Shown here: positions 1 through 11,765 of the stretch, piece by piece
Layout: each line of letters starts with the position of its first letter
Numbering within the stretch: the stretch's first letter is position 1
Assembly (NCBI RefSeq): GCF_001194135.2
Contig: NC_068982.1
Span: 81,964,728-82,005,529 of the forward strand
Length of the DNA: 40,802 bases
Source of the DNA: Octopus bimaculoides
Lineage: Eukaryota
Reading direction: 5' to 3'
Program-made: the position numbers and the translations under genes
The notes under the pieces: model-generated
Seen by the model: only the letters and a program-made list of their open reading frames with translations
Databases searched by the model: none
What the model was told of the DNA's origin: nothing

Positions 1-42
<42 letters not shown>

Positions 43-476
43 ACTAAACCGGATTAACTAGTGACTGCTGGGAATAGACCAGGTAATAAATAGCCAGGAA
101 TTTAATGACTATTTGGAAAGTTAGTTGACAGCACGAAATGATGGCATGCAGGGGAAGTTGAGCCAGCAACACGATTTGCAAACTATTTCCTGCAGACAAA
201 CTAGATGAAGCATACCTACAGTGGGACTCATTAGTGTGGTGAGGATGAAGTCCCCAATAGGACAGATTTCGTCCCAAGCAAGCAGAAAAAAATACAAGGG
301 ACATAGTGTGCGTATGCAGTTAAGTGTACAAGAACTTTCTGGGCCTAAAAATCCCTCAGGCCACAATGCAATGGCTGGACAAGGAGAATTGGATACAACA
401 CATAGGAGCACACGTGTTTCTGTGGCCACTTGTAAGTGACTATCTAGTAGTTATGCTTGTGGGTTTCAGTGTTTAT

Positions 477-635
477 ATATGTCCGAGTGACCAAGAAGTT
501 TCCTTAGCAATCATGATGTACCGAGTTCGATACGACCATTGGTATCAAGGACAAGTGTCTCTTATCTTAACCTTAGCTCCACCCATGCCCCGTGAACATT
601 ACTGGGTAGACGGGAACTGTGTGGAGACCCGTCAG
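477..635 (+). mobile_element. Diverged tRNA-derived CORE-type SINE, 5' half
   Basis: Colinear with the SINE head at 12155-12330: caagaagtttcct...gagttcga (B-box-like)...caagtgtctc...gtagacgggaactg...gacccgtc. Confidence 0.65.
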
Positions 636-999
636 ATAGGTAATACTTGTAATTCAATGGGTCTGTCTTGTAGTACAATGTGCCACGTTGATTCGACCTC
701 AGATTTCAACTAAAGGTACATCGTATATACAGCCACCTATATTTTTAGTAATTCCATTGGTTGGGGGCTCAACTGAGTAAACACGGAAGTATTTATCGCC
801 GAAATCGACGAAGGATCTATTTACACTTTGATCTGTATATGCGCGTATATGGGCATCTGTGTGTATGCGTGTGTGTGTGTGTGTGTGTGTGTGCTATTCG
901 ATGTATGCTTGGGAGCATATTAATATACTTATGTGAGTACTAACGTGCACATACTCACACCCGCACACAAATGCAAGTACAAATGCAAGCACAACGACT

Positions 1000-1260
1000 C
1001 CTACCTTCTCCTCACTACACGAGTCCGGCGATAGCCCAGTCTGTTGGAAACCATCTCTTAACCTGACATTCATGGGTTTTCCCTTAGGGTCTACTGCTGT
1101 ACCGTCTGTCTTACTGGACACACCCACAAGATATCTGGGTTGCCCCCTATCTCTACATAAAGAATGTCTCCATATAGTGAAAGAGCTCCATTTATTGTCC
1201 ACCTAGCGAGATGCTTTCACAACAGCTAGGGTTACACATTCCTAAAGTGGTCTTACAACA
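1000..1260 (-). mobile_element. Decayed RTE-clade LINE, C-terminal ORF fragment
   Basis: Minus translation HLAR-/-DNKWSSFTIWRHSLCRDRGQPRY resembles the RTE C-terminal motif GHxAR-DNRW...W.P...R.RGRP..RW; frameshifted. Confidence 0.45.
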
Positions 1261-1615
1261 GCTTATTAACTATTTCCTGTATTTTTATGTCCACGTTAGA
1301 TAATACACGTTAAATAGCGATCATCTATCTTTTGACGCATCTTGTCTGGGCTTCTGCTGAGCAGCCCTCTACTCCTTCAGTCCAGCCTGCTGCGAGGGAC
1401 ACCGTTTGGTCAACAACGACCAAATTATGGAACAGGTTCTACTGGAGTACAATGCTACTTGCAGTGTTCACAAACACACACTAATTCAACTGTTTCCTTC
1501 TCTCATTCTCCACCTCCAAACTTACTACTTGTCTAGATCTCTGCCTATATTTGTGTTCCTCCATGTCTCACTAAATTAATCTATTTTTATATATCTGTCT
1601 GATGTGTGTGTGCGC

Positions 1616-1647
<32 letters not shown>

Positions 1648-2716
1648 NNNNNNNNNNNNNNNNNNNNNNNNNNNNNNNNNNNNNNNNNNNNNNNNNNNNN
1701 NNNNNNNNNNNNNNNNNNNNNNNNNNNNNNNNNNNNNNNNNNNNNNNNNNNNNNNNNNNNNNNNNNNNNNNNNNNNNNNNNNNNNNNNNNNNNNNNNNNN
1801 NNNNNNNNNNNNNNNNNNNNNNNNNNNNNNNNNNNNNNNNNNNNNNNNNNNNNNNNNNNNNNNNNNNNNNNNNNNNNNNNNNNNNNNNNNNNNNNNNNNN
1901 NNNNNNNNNNNNNNNNNNNNNNNNNNNNNNNNNNNNNNNNNNNNNNNNNNNNNNNNNNNNNNNNNNNNNNNNNNNNNNNNNNNNNNNNNNNNNNNNNNNN
2001 NNNNNNNNNNNNNNNNNNNNNNNNNNNNNNNNNNNNNNNNNNNNNNNNNNNNNNNNNNNNNNNNNNNNNNNNNNNNNNNNNNNNNNNNNNNNNNNNNNNN
2101 NNNNNNNNNNNNNNNNNNNNNNNNNNNNNNNNNNNNNNNNNNNNNNNNNNNNNNNNNNNNNNNNNNNNNNNNNNNNNNNNNNNNNNNNNNNNNNNNNNNN
2201 NNNNNNNNNNNNNNNNNNNNNNNNNNNNNNNNNNNNNNNNNNNNNNNNNNNNNNNNNNNNNNNNNNNNNNNNNNNNNNNNNNNNNNNNNNNNNNNTATAT
2301 ATATATATATGTCTGTCTCTGTGAGTGTGTTTGTGCGTGTGTACATTCGCACTCACACACACACACACATATATATATAGGCATGCATACGCATACACGC
2401 ACATATAGGCATATATTGTTATTAGTCTCATAATTACATTCGTCAGCATAGCTGAATACAGGAATGCCTAGAATACTCTCTCTCTCTCTTTCTCTCTCTC
2501 CCTCTCTGTCTTTCTTCCTCCCCCCCTCTCTCTCTCTAAGTTAACTAATTAAACAAAACTACGCCAATTTATATTTGACAACCATTCAGTCAGTGTCATT
2601 TATAAACATAATTAATACACTTAATTAAATCAAATTAGCTTTTTTAAAATAAAATTTTAATTTAGTTTCAGGATTAATTGAAGATTTTAATGGAAGAGTC
2701 GTGTTTTAAAGAAAGT

Positions 2717-2734
2717 TGGAACACACATACACAC

Positions 2735-2765
<31 letters not shown>

Positions 2766-2886
2766 TGTATGTGTGAATGTATGTATGTGTGTATATATGT
2801 ATGAATGTATGTATGTATACATGTGTGTGAATGTGTGTGTATCTCTCGCTCTCTCTTTCTCTCTCTCTATATATATATGTGTGTGT

Positions 2887-2974
<88 letters not shown>
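2717..2974. repeat. Compound microsatellite (TATG)n/(TG)n/(CT)n
   Basis: Directly visible; pure (GT)n run at ~2892-2974. Confidence 0.95.
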
Positions 2975-2976
<2 letters not shown>

Positions 2977-3329
2977 CACTCGGTCTCATGTTACTTTAAG
3001 TTTCGCGGTTGTAGGACACAACCACCTTGCCGGGCGTTCGGAAACAAGGTTGAGATTGAAAGGAAATCAAAGCGGCTTCTAAATACTCAGACCTTTATTG
3101 ATCAGCTCAGGTCATATGGTCGTAATGCTTTCAAAGCGACATCAGTTATTTTCTTTAGTTTTAGGATCAAATATTGCGGCCAGGATATATTCAGCTCGGT
3201 ACCTCAAGTGGTGGGGGTAGAAAAGATATTGGCGCCAGTCAGTCGATCAATCATCATCCTGTAAAGTTTGAAAACATTAACGATAGTTGTCATTACGTAG
3301 TGCTTCAAATGAGGTCACATGACCAAAAT

Positions 3330-3600
3330 GAATAGGCTCTAGTCTATACAGACAACTGGAATTATATACCCAACATCTGAATGGTGATCAGCTAGGCCTA
3401 GGGTGGTATATCTGGGTTATCAGAAGTTGATTAACAAGTCGAATGTTTGGTAGCAATAATAAGATAAACCATTCTTCCTATAAGTGGATACTGCGGGCTA
3501 GTGGAGTAACTGCAGTTTCTCACGGATGGAGAGTTGGCAATTATGAATTCCTGATGCGCAAGGAGGAGGCCTTATTAAGGCTACTTCCTTTGATATTGGT
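3330..3600 (-). mobile_element. Decayed APE-endonuclease fragment of a LINE
   Basis: Minus translation TFDLLINF**PRYTTLGLADHH resembles the APE C-terminal TLDL...LG.SDH motif; contains stops. Confidence 0.4.
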
Positions 3601-4118
3601 GAAATCATTTCGATGGGTTCACAGTTTTCAGATGAAGCGGAACTGGGAGATAGAATTTTCCTCATCGTTACATCTGCTCTCCTTCAGGTTTAAGGATGAG
3701 GAACATAATATACTTCAAAGAAGATAACTTTGTGTCCAGTGTTTTCTCATAGTTATATCTCATAGTTTTCTCATAGTCATCTCTATCTCGATATATATGA
3801 CTTTGTCTACTGTTATTATCTGTTAGCATCGGTGGCAGTGATTCATAGAAACGCTTAACGAGAAGAATAGTGCGTGACAGGAAGATGAGCACAAGAAGGG
3901 TACATAAAAGAAATGGTTATGAGGTCTGAAATACAGGTTGTGTGCATACGAGAATGAACAATTCTAAAAATTATGCAAATGAAAAATTCAATCTACAACG
4001 AAATTCCATCTTCGGTCTAAAAGTGTTGCAACAGACATCTAATGTTCTGTAGCTGACCAGTTAGCAAGTGAATATATGGGAGATAATCTTCTGTTAGAAA
4101 GGAAATACAATTTTTAGT

Positions 4119-4122
<4 letters not shown>

Positions 4123-4217
<95 letters not shown>
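4123..4217. repeat. (TAA)n microsatellite, first of a series (also 4813-4874, 5824-5909, 6520-6543, 6957-7038, 8640-8697, 9286-9337, 10362-10434)
   Basis: Directly visible. Confidence 0.97.
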
Positions 4218-4227
4218 NNNNNNNNNN

Positions 4228-4440
4228 TACTGTCTATGTGATCTCAAATTTTAAAACAAACATAATTTTCTTATGGTCTCTTAAACATTCTCTAGAACAA
4301 CACTATGTACAAATCCAAATATATGGTACCCTAGGCATAACACCTACATGAACTTCTAACTTGTCTCTTGAGGTCTCTGGATGAGACTTGGATCCAACTT
4401 GTACAAATGCAAAACAAAAGTCAAACATAAAATAATAATA
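4228..4440 (+). mobile_element. 3'-UTR-type fragment of an R4-like element or its SINE-like derivative (family X, copy 1), ending in an AAT tail
   Basis: Near-identical to 5677-5823; contains stem-loop AGGTCTC-TGGAT-GAGACTT; ends in aaaataataataat. Confidence 0.6.
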
Positions 4441-4811
4441 ATGAAATGATAAAATAATTAAATAAGTAACAAAAAAGTAAGTATACATGATATACAATTA
4501 AAAGGAAGGGAAATATACTTAGTATACAAAGATTAAAAAAAAAAGGAACGGTGATAGAGATGTAGTCCTCTTGATACAGGATGACCTCTAAGGGTAATCG
4601 AGGAACCCCACTGTCCGAGATCTCCCTGAACACCAAGAGTAAGTGCCTTCTCCAATTCCCTTTCCCCAACACACAGATCTACACTTAGGGAAGTACTATC
4701 CACTCTTGCCATATTTACGACTTTCACCTTTCAGTAAACTCACTCGAGGACAGCACTTCCTTCTCCACCCGCAATTTCTTTTTCAAGTGACACTTGAACA
4801 ACAACAACAAC

Positions 4812-4876
<65 letters not shown>

Positions 4877-4878
<2 letters not shown>

Positions 4879-5165
4879 TGTTCCTGTTAAAATAGTTGCC
4901 CTAGGTATGATAAAAATGGGATGTCAGAAACATCTAAATAACATCCCAGGAGAACCATGTCTCAGAGAAATCCAAAAGATTGTGCTGCTCGCATCTATAG
5001 AAAAACCTTATCAATTTAAATGTCTCTCTTGTATTTCATAAAAATATTTCGCTAAAGCCTCTGGAACTTCTCCACCCCAAGCTTTCGGTCATAATATAAC
5101 ATCTCTTATCCTTCACTCACCTTAGGACGCTGGGTGCGTCTCGGCAAGCGAAAGTGCTACATTGA
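4877..5165 (+). mobile_element. 3' end of an R4/Dong-like RLE retrotransposon (family Y)
   Basis: VPVKIVALGMIKMGCQKHLNNIPGEPCLREIQKIVLL matches the RLE C-terminus (VPVVIGALG...IQK..LLG); begins right after (TAA)n. Confidence 0.75.
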
Positions 5166-5167
5166 AA

Positions 5168-5676
5168 ACTGTGCGAAAAGTGGGGGCTAGAGAGATTTAA
5201 GACGTGCTAGTCGAAGACTAGCAAAATCCTCTGGGATTTCCCAATCCAAACAAATCAGGTGCTAGTACATAACAGACCGGACCTATTGGTGGATGCCAAG
5301 ATGCACCACATGTGTTATATAGTTGATGTTGCATGCCCCTTTGACCTACGAATAGCCAAGAAGGAAGACAAAAATAAATAAATAAATAAATACAACCCGC
5401 TTAAGTACGAAATAGCCCGGCTATTGAAAATGAAGGTGAAGATAGTACCAATTATTGCTGGATCTTTGGGAACCGTATCAGAAGGAATATAAAAGAAATT
5501 GGAACAGAGTGCTCAGTAGAAATGTTAGAAAAGGTTTGCCTCTTTGATACGGCCAGAATAATCAGGAAAATATTAAATAGCTGAAAAGAACGGATAGTAC
5601 AGTACAGTAGGCTGAAGGTAGCCTGCTACGCAAGCAGGACTCTAAGAGTTCCAACAAGACCTGTGATAAAAAGAAA
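5168..5676 (+). mobile_element. R4/Dong-like RLE domain fragment plus 3' UTR (family Z), frameshifted
   Basis: KILWDFPIQTNQVLVHNRPDLL...IVDVACPFDLRIAKKED...KYNPLKYEIARLLKMKVKIVPIIAGSLGTV...LFDTARIIRKILNS: PD-(D/E)xK restriction-like endonuclease motifs. Confidence 0.85.
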
Positions 5677-5823
5677 ACATTCACTTGAACAAAACTGTAC
5701 AAATCCAAATATATGGTACCCTAGGCATAACACCTACATGAACTTCTAACTTGTTGTCTCTTGAGGTCTCTGGGTGAGACTTGGATCCAACTTGTACAAA
5801 TGCAAAACAAAAGTCAAACATAA
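5677..5823 (+). mobile_element. Family X 3' fragment, copy 2
   Basis: Near-identical to 4283-4440; followed by an (AAT)n tract. Confidence 0.6.
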
Positions 5824-5910
<87 letters not shown>

Positions 5911-6520
5911 TGCGCTGATGCAGTGCCAGACAGTGGTTCTCATGGCTTCTGATCTTAACTGTTGGAAGTGTTATCATGTACATTGTTTTGTCTTGGTATA
6001 AAAGATGAGCTACAGCAAATATTCTGCTTAATACAACAGATTTGCTTGTCAATTGTTTGACCTTAACCAGTTGAGCATGTCCATTGGTGGCTGACGATAT
6101 GTGCATCTCTGATAACGAGCAGAAGTAGTGGGGGAGCATCATAGCCATGTGTTGAGAGGGATTCTTTGGGGTTTGANNNNNNNNNNAAGTAGTGGGGGAG
6201 CATCATAGCCATGTGTTGAGAGGGATTCTTTGGGGTTTGAATAATTCACCTTTGTAAACATGGGTGTTTTGCTCAACATCCTTAAACAAACCTTATTCAG
6301 GGACCTTTGGAACGGGATGGGCCACTCGACCTGAAGAAAATTCTAACTGGGTCCCACCTGCCAGGTCATGCGCTGTTTATCTTGATATGAGATCACCATG
6401 TCGCGCACATATGGTTGTGATGCATGTGCTTGGTGTACCCTTATCAGACGGGTAGTCATGATGGGTATAATGGGCTTCGTATATTTTACCTCAGTGTCAC
6501 TTTGATGACTCTCTAACTCA
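5911..6520 (+). mobile_element. Non-coding interspersed repeat (family W), about 600 bp, flanked by (TAA)n; strand inferred from the AAT tail
   Basis: Clearly alignable to 8700-9100 over ~400 bp; no coding motif recognised. Confidence 0.65.
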
Positions 6521-6543
6521 ATAATAATAATAATAATAATAAT

Positions 6544-6953
6544 GACAACGTTTCCCTAAAAGAAATGAAGAAACTTTCAAAATACAAAGACCTGGAAATA
6601 GAGGTAACTCGAATGTGGAATCTAAAAACAGAAACAATACCTAACATAATAGGCGCCTTATGTATAATAAAAAGATATTCAGACAAATGCATAACAAAAA
6701 CACTAGGACTTACAAATATATATAACATACAGAAAATTGCACTANNNNNNNNNNNNNNNNNNNNNNNNNNNNNNNNNNNNNNNNNNNNNNNNNNNNNNNN
6801 NNNNNNNNNNNNNNNNNNNNNNNNNNNNNNNNNNNNNNNNNNNNNNNNNNNNNNNNNNNNNNNNNNNNNNNNNNNNCAAACCACAGCACATACCCAAGGC
6901 ACACAGAGCCACGCTCGGTAGTGAAATGAAAGCACGTTATAAAAATAAAACTA

Positions 6954-6956
<3 letters not shown>
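6544..6956 (+). mobile_element. 3' end of an R4/Dong-like RLE element (family V), interrupted by a gap
   Basis: KKLSKYKDLEIEVTRMWNLKTETIPNIIGALCII...NIQKIAL matches the RLE EK..KY.DL..E....W....IP.IIGALG motif; (TAA)n on both sides. Confidence 0.85.
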
Positions 6957-7038
<82 letters not shown>

Positions 7039-7039
<1 letters not shown>

Positions 7040-8639
7040 CAAGGAAACTCTTGTTCACCTGTATTATTTGTTATAGCCTTGATCTCAATTTCTGTAGTCC
7101 TACGTAAAATCAACGTGCGCTATGAGATGAGAAAGAATGAACTTCGTCTCAACCACCTTCTCTTTATGGATGATTTAAAACTCTTCGCAAAAACAGAGCC
7201 TGAAATGGAAAGGCTGGTTGCGACTGAGGAAATGTGCAGCAAGGATATAGGGTTGGAATTCGTTATCTCGAAGTGTGCGGTGCATACTTTGAAGCGGGGG
7301 AAAAGAATAATTTGTAGGGGCATAGAATTGCCAAATAGAGAGAGAATGGAAGACCCAGATGATGATGGGTTCAAGTACCTTGGGATACTAGAGCTGGGTA
7401 CAGAGAAATGAAAGACAAGGTCATCACTGCATATTTCAAGTGCCCCAAACTTCTCTTGAAATCAAAACTCAATTCAAAGAACCTTGTGGCTGCCATCAAC
7501 ATATAGACTGCTGCTATAGTCCGCTATAGTGCACCCGTCCTGAGATAGACACAAGCGGAGATTGACCAGTTCGATCACACTATCCGAAAGACAATGACAA
7601 TCCATGGTGCCCTCCACCCTAAGGCAAATGTACACAAACTCTTCATGAAGTGAGGTAAGGGTGGACGTGGGCTGATTAGTGTGCATCAACAGTGAAAGAA
7701 GAAACATGGCAGAATATTTGGTAAATAGCAAACAAGACCTGCTACAGTATGCTGCTAGTGCAGAAGGAATTAACAAAAATGGACTTGAAAGTGCTCATGA
7801 ATTCCGAAGAAGAACAGCCAACGAAAAAGAACCCTACTCCGTATGGAATTACATGGGCAGTTCCACTATGAAACCAACAAATTAAAAGACCAGGAAGCAT
7901 CATGGAGGTGGCTCCAGAAGGATGACCTAAAAAAGAATACTGAAAGACTAATCATTGCAGCCTAGGACCAGGCATTGAATACCAACTCAGTGAAAAAGAA
8001 TATATACCCCATAAGTGAATCGGACCATTGCAGAATGTGCTTGTGAAAGTCTTGCGCAGAAAGAGTAGAAGCGTAGACACGAGAAAGTAACCCCAAACCT
8101 CTGCTGGCTACTATGCCGTAAGTATGGATATGAGGTTACGGGTCCATGGTATCAACATACACCGGAAAAGGTAATGGATGAAAAGAGGAAGGCAAAAAAT
8201 CCTCTGGGACTTTGATTTCCAGATAGACAAAGTGTTAGAGCACCGAAGGCTGGATATAGTAACTTTTAGGAGGGACAAACAAGAGTACCTAATAATCGAC
8301 GTAGCAGTGCCAGGAGACCAACTTATCATCATGAAAGAAAGAGAAAAATTTGATGAATATGGAGACCTGAGAATTGAGATCGTTAAGAAGTGGCAGCTAC
8401 GAGAGTCGAACATTTATCCCTATTGTCATCGGAGCATTGGATTCAATACCACCCAATCTGAAAAAAACATCTGAAAACCTTAGAGATACCCTACAATCTA
8501 GATGTATTGCAAAAGTCGGCATTACTTGGAACTGCATGCATATTGAGGCCCTTGTTGTGACTTGACAAACAGTACAAACCCCCGGTAGATACAATATCTT
8601 CAATCAACAACCTCATGATATTGTATACTGTGCGACGTC

Positions 8640-8640
<1 letters not shown>
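7039..8640 (+). mobile_element. 5'-truncated, decayed R4/Dong-clade non-LTR retrotransposon (RT C-half, zinc-knuckle remnant, RLE) inserted in (TAA)n
   Basis: LNHLLFMDDLKLFAK (RT catalytic FMDD, 7150-7190), FKYLGILE, GGRGL, HGQFH, HCRMC, KRRHEKV, KILWDF...RRLDIV...IIDVAVPGD...KEREKFDEYGDL...IPIVIGALD; several stops and frameshifts; TAA tracts at both ends. Confidence 0.93.
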
Positions 8641-8697
<57 letters not shown>

Positions 8698-8699
8698 TT

Positions 8700-9100
8700 T
8701 TGTTTGTCAGTAGCTTAGCTTTAACCAGTTGAGTATGTCCCTTAGTGGCTGACGATATGTGCATCTCTGATCATGAGCAGAAGTAGTGGGGGAGCATCAT
8801 AACCATGTATTGAGAGGAATTCTTTGGAGTTTGAATAATTCACCTTTGGAATCATGGGTGTTTTTTTACTATCTTTAAACAAGCTTTATTCAGCGACCCT
8901 TTGAGCGGGTTGGGCTACTGGATCTGAAGATAATTCTAACTGGGCCGCACCTGCAAGGTCATGTGCTGTGTGGCTTGATGTAAGATCCATACGTTGCGCA
9001 CATATGGTTGTGATGCATGTGTCTGGTGTACTCTTATCAGATGGATTATCATATTTGTACTCCAGTCTCACTTTGATGGCATACACTGCTCTTTCACTCA
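8700..9100 (+). mobile_element. Family W repeat, second copy
   Basis: Alignable to 6050-6520; between (TAA)n and an AAT/GAT tract. Confidence 0.65.
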
Positions 9101-9152
9101 ATAATAATAACAATAGTAATGATAATAATGATGATGATTACGATGATGATGA

Positions 9153-9277
9153 TTTCAAGTTTTGGCACAAAGCCATCAATTTCAGAGAGTGGGTAAGTCG
9201 ATTACCTCGATCCCAGTGCTCATCTAGTACTTATTTATCGACTCCGAAAGGATGAAGAGCAAAGCCAACCTCGGCGA
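9153..9277 (-). mobile_element. tRNA-derived SINE (family S1), 3' fragment
   Basis: Shares tggcacaa..cc...gtcgatt...actt atttatcga..ccgaaaggatgaa...cctcggcg with the other S1 copies. Confidence 0.75.
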
Positions 9278-9280
9278 ATA

Positions 9281-9337
<57 letters not shown>

Positions 9338-9339
<2 letters not shown>

Positions 9340-10359
9340 ATACGCTACAAATATACTTCTCGATCTTCTCTTTGAGTGCTGTGCTTATAACACCGAGGAC
9401 TTGGTTATGACGCCATGTATATCTGCCCACTGCCAGCCTGCAGTTTGACAGGACATGTCTCATCTTAGCTTTCCGCACTTATATTCCTCAGCCGTTTGTA
9501 TGTTCCACCGGACTTACTTGGCCGGTCACGGCAAAACGTCGAAGGTGGACTTGATCAGGAAGAATATTCTTGCTTGTTCCCAAGCCCAAAGTTCTTTCCG
9601 TGTGATTTTGCGACTGACCACATATTCCTCCCATCTTAGGCAGTGTCCTTGTTGACTGCACTACACCAAATGTACATTTCGTCTTTCTTTTTCCTCTTTG
9701 AGACCATTCCGTCCCAAGTCATTATAAATGGTATTATTTTAACCTTATATCCTTTCATCTGTTTAATTTCTCTAGCAAGTCTATTATACTTTTGTATTTT
9801 TGTCATTTCAACTTTTTTTGTGGTTGTTATTCCAATTTCCATTCTTATTGATTCTTTTCTTTCGTGGTCAAATATTGTAATATCGGGTTTATTGTTTGGT
9901 GCTATTACTGAGCTATCTACTAAAATCTTAACCATTTCACTTGTTACCTTTTCTATTTGCACATTTCTGATTTTCTGGATTTTGGGATGTTATATTTCTG
10001 TAGTAAGTTCGCAAAGATCATCTTGGTTATCTCATCGTGTCTCTCCTTATATTTCGTGTGTGCTATTTTTCCATATTGTATTGCCATATGTTCGATACTT
10101 CCATAGTAGTTGTTTCTGTCTTGTAAATACTGTATAATATTTTATTTAATCTCTCATTGAGTATTTGCTTTGTTTTATAAATTTCAATGAGTCTCTTTTT
10201 GATACTGCTTCCTCATTCAGGTGTTTGAAGTATTCACCGGGTATTTCTTTGTGTGATTGTTCCTTAATTATTATTTTCTCCCTCGTATTTTTTGTATTCA
10301 TTGTCATTATTGATATTATTTTTTATGCATTCTTTTTTATTTCCATAATATCGTAACCC

Positions 10360-10361
<2 letters not shown>
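9338..10361 (-). mobile_element. Divergent RLE-type non-LTR retrotransposon 3' fragment, opposite orientation within (TAA)n
   Basis: Minus translation: KERHDEITKMIF...NNKPDITIFDHERKESIRMEIGIT...KIQKYNRLAREI...KIIPFIMTWDGMV (PD..E..K..KY RLE motifs). Confidence 0.8.
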
Positions 10362-10435
<74 letters not shown>

Positions 10436-10444
10436 TTTACCTAT

Positions 10445-10538
10445 GGTGAAATTTACCATGGTGGAATATACCGTGGTGGAATTAACCTGGTGAAATTTTC
10501 CGTGATGGAATTTACCGCGGTGGAATTTACCGGTCACC
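10445..10538. repeat. Six tandem quasi-palindromic 15-bp units (GGTGGAATTTACCGT), ending in GGTCACC
   Basis: Units start at 10445, 10460, 10475 (14 bp), 10489, 10504, 10519. Confidence 0.9.
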
Positions 10539-11189
10539 ATATAGACATACATATATGGAATATTTGTATACATACACACACAGATATATATAGAGAGACA
10601 TACGTATATACTAACATACATATAGACAGAGATAATTATATAAATACATCTATGCATACATACAATACACATACGCCCCCACCCCATATTTTAAAATACA
10701 TGATTCAACACAAGGCATCTTGGTGAAACATTCCGTTTAAAACTCCCACCTAGTCCAAACATAACAGGTTTGATATATTTGCCTCTGGTAGCAAAGGAAG
10801 ACTAAGTACAATGCTAAGTGTCAGATGTACCTTGATATCAGTGAGAAAGAGAGAATAATTATGGGTAGCTGCTTTGAAACCTATAGTGCCTCTACACAGT
10901 TTATACGTTCACGTTTAGTGAATCACAATGGTATATGAAGGAATCTCAAAAAGCTAACAGGTTTCAGACAAAAAACGAACCAGTTAACACGTTCTTTGCA
11001 AATACAATTTCTTAGTGAAACAGTAAAAATATGCAAGAATCTCCTAAAGTTCAACATGTAATTTTTCACTGTTGTTGTTGTTATGTAAATGATAAAAATA
11101 GAATTTTGTTTCTTAAAGTCCATCTTCTTTACAAGAATTATTTAAATAATTGAGATAAGAAATACAACAACCGCGCGCATGCGCGCACG

Positions 11190-11194
<5 letters not shown>

Positions 11195-11238
<44 letters not shown>

Positions 11239-11293
11239 ATGTTGTTGCACAGAAAGATGAAGAAGAAACATGCAGAAAACAGGAAAACACACA

Positions 11294-11345
<52 letters not shown>
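11195..11345. repeat. (CA)n tracts, with a CG/CA alternating stretch just upstream
   Basis: Directly visible. Confidence 0.9.
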
Positions 11346-11347
<2 letters not shown>

Positions 11348-11384
11348 GGACGTGGACACGCTCAGTTATCGAACAAAACTCCTC

Positions 11385-11500
11385 ACAATTTCGCTGTCTT
11401 ATCGATAATATTGTTCATTTTAGCACCGTCAAACAGCAAAACGTAGTTGGGATATAAGTGAGCGGCCATGAAGGACAGAATGAGAATAGTACAAAATGAA

Positions 11501-11535
<35 letters not shown>

Positions 11536-11765
11536 GACGGGGTCTGTAGACCGAACAGTAAAATATAGAAAAGGAACATCAAGGACGGTAACGAAAGCAA
11601 CTGAATAATAAACGACACAAGTATTATTTTATAGACATTCGTAGAAGGCCTTTCGGCTATAAGACAATTAGTACATGTGCAAAACGAAAACATAAGCAAA
11701 GAAAAATAACTCAGGAATTTCTTACATATAAATATACGCAGAAGGCCTTTCGGCTATAAAACGCT
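11385..11765. repeat. Dispersed repeat, copy A (homologous to 39639-39845), interrupted by (AAAT)n, with an internal 23-bp direct repeat (11640-11662, 11737-11759)
   Basis: Exact 19-mer cgataatattgttcatttt shared with 39659-39677, plus colinear downstream blocks. Confidence 0.7.

Noticed and set aside
324-713. 129-aa ORF
   Set aside because: Runs through a diverged SINE (477-635); no recognisable domain.
1571-2449. Long ORFs in the track here and at 18847, 21973, 33781, 36679 and similar
   Set aside because: They run through N-gaps and dinucleotide repeats; artefacts.
4500-4800. Possible APE-endonuclease remnant
   Set aside because: No diagnostic motif could be read in a consistent frame.
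6123-6240. 54-bp direct duplication either side of a 10-N gap (similar case at 26248-26320)
   Set aside because: Typical unmerged contig overlap.
11640-11670. GCCGAAAGGCC on minus as a hammerhead GAAA/helix III
   Set aside because: Core CTAATTG is non-canonical and putative helix II (GTCT/AGCC) is mismatched in both paralogues; a GNRA hairpin fits better.
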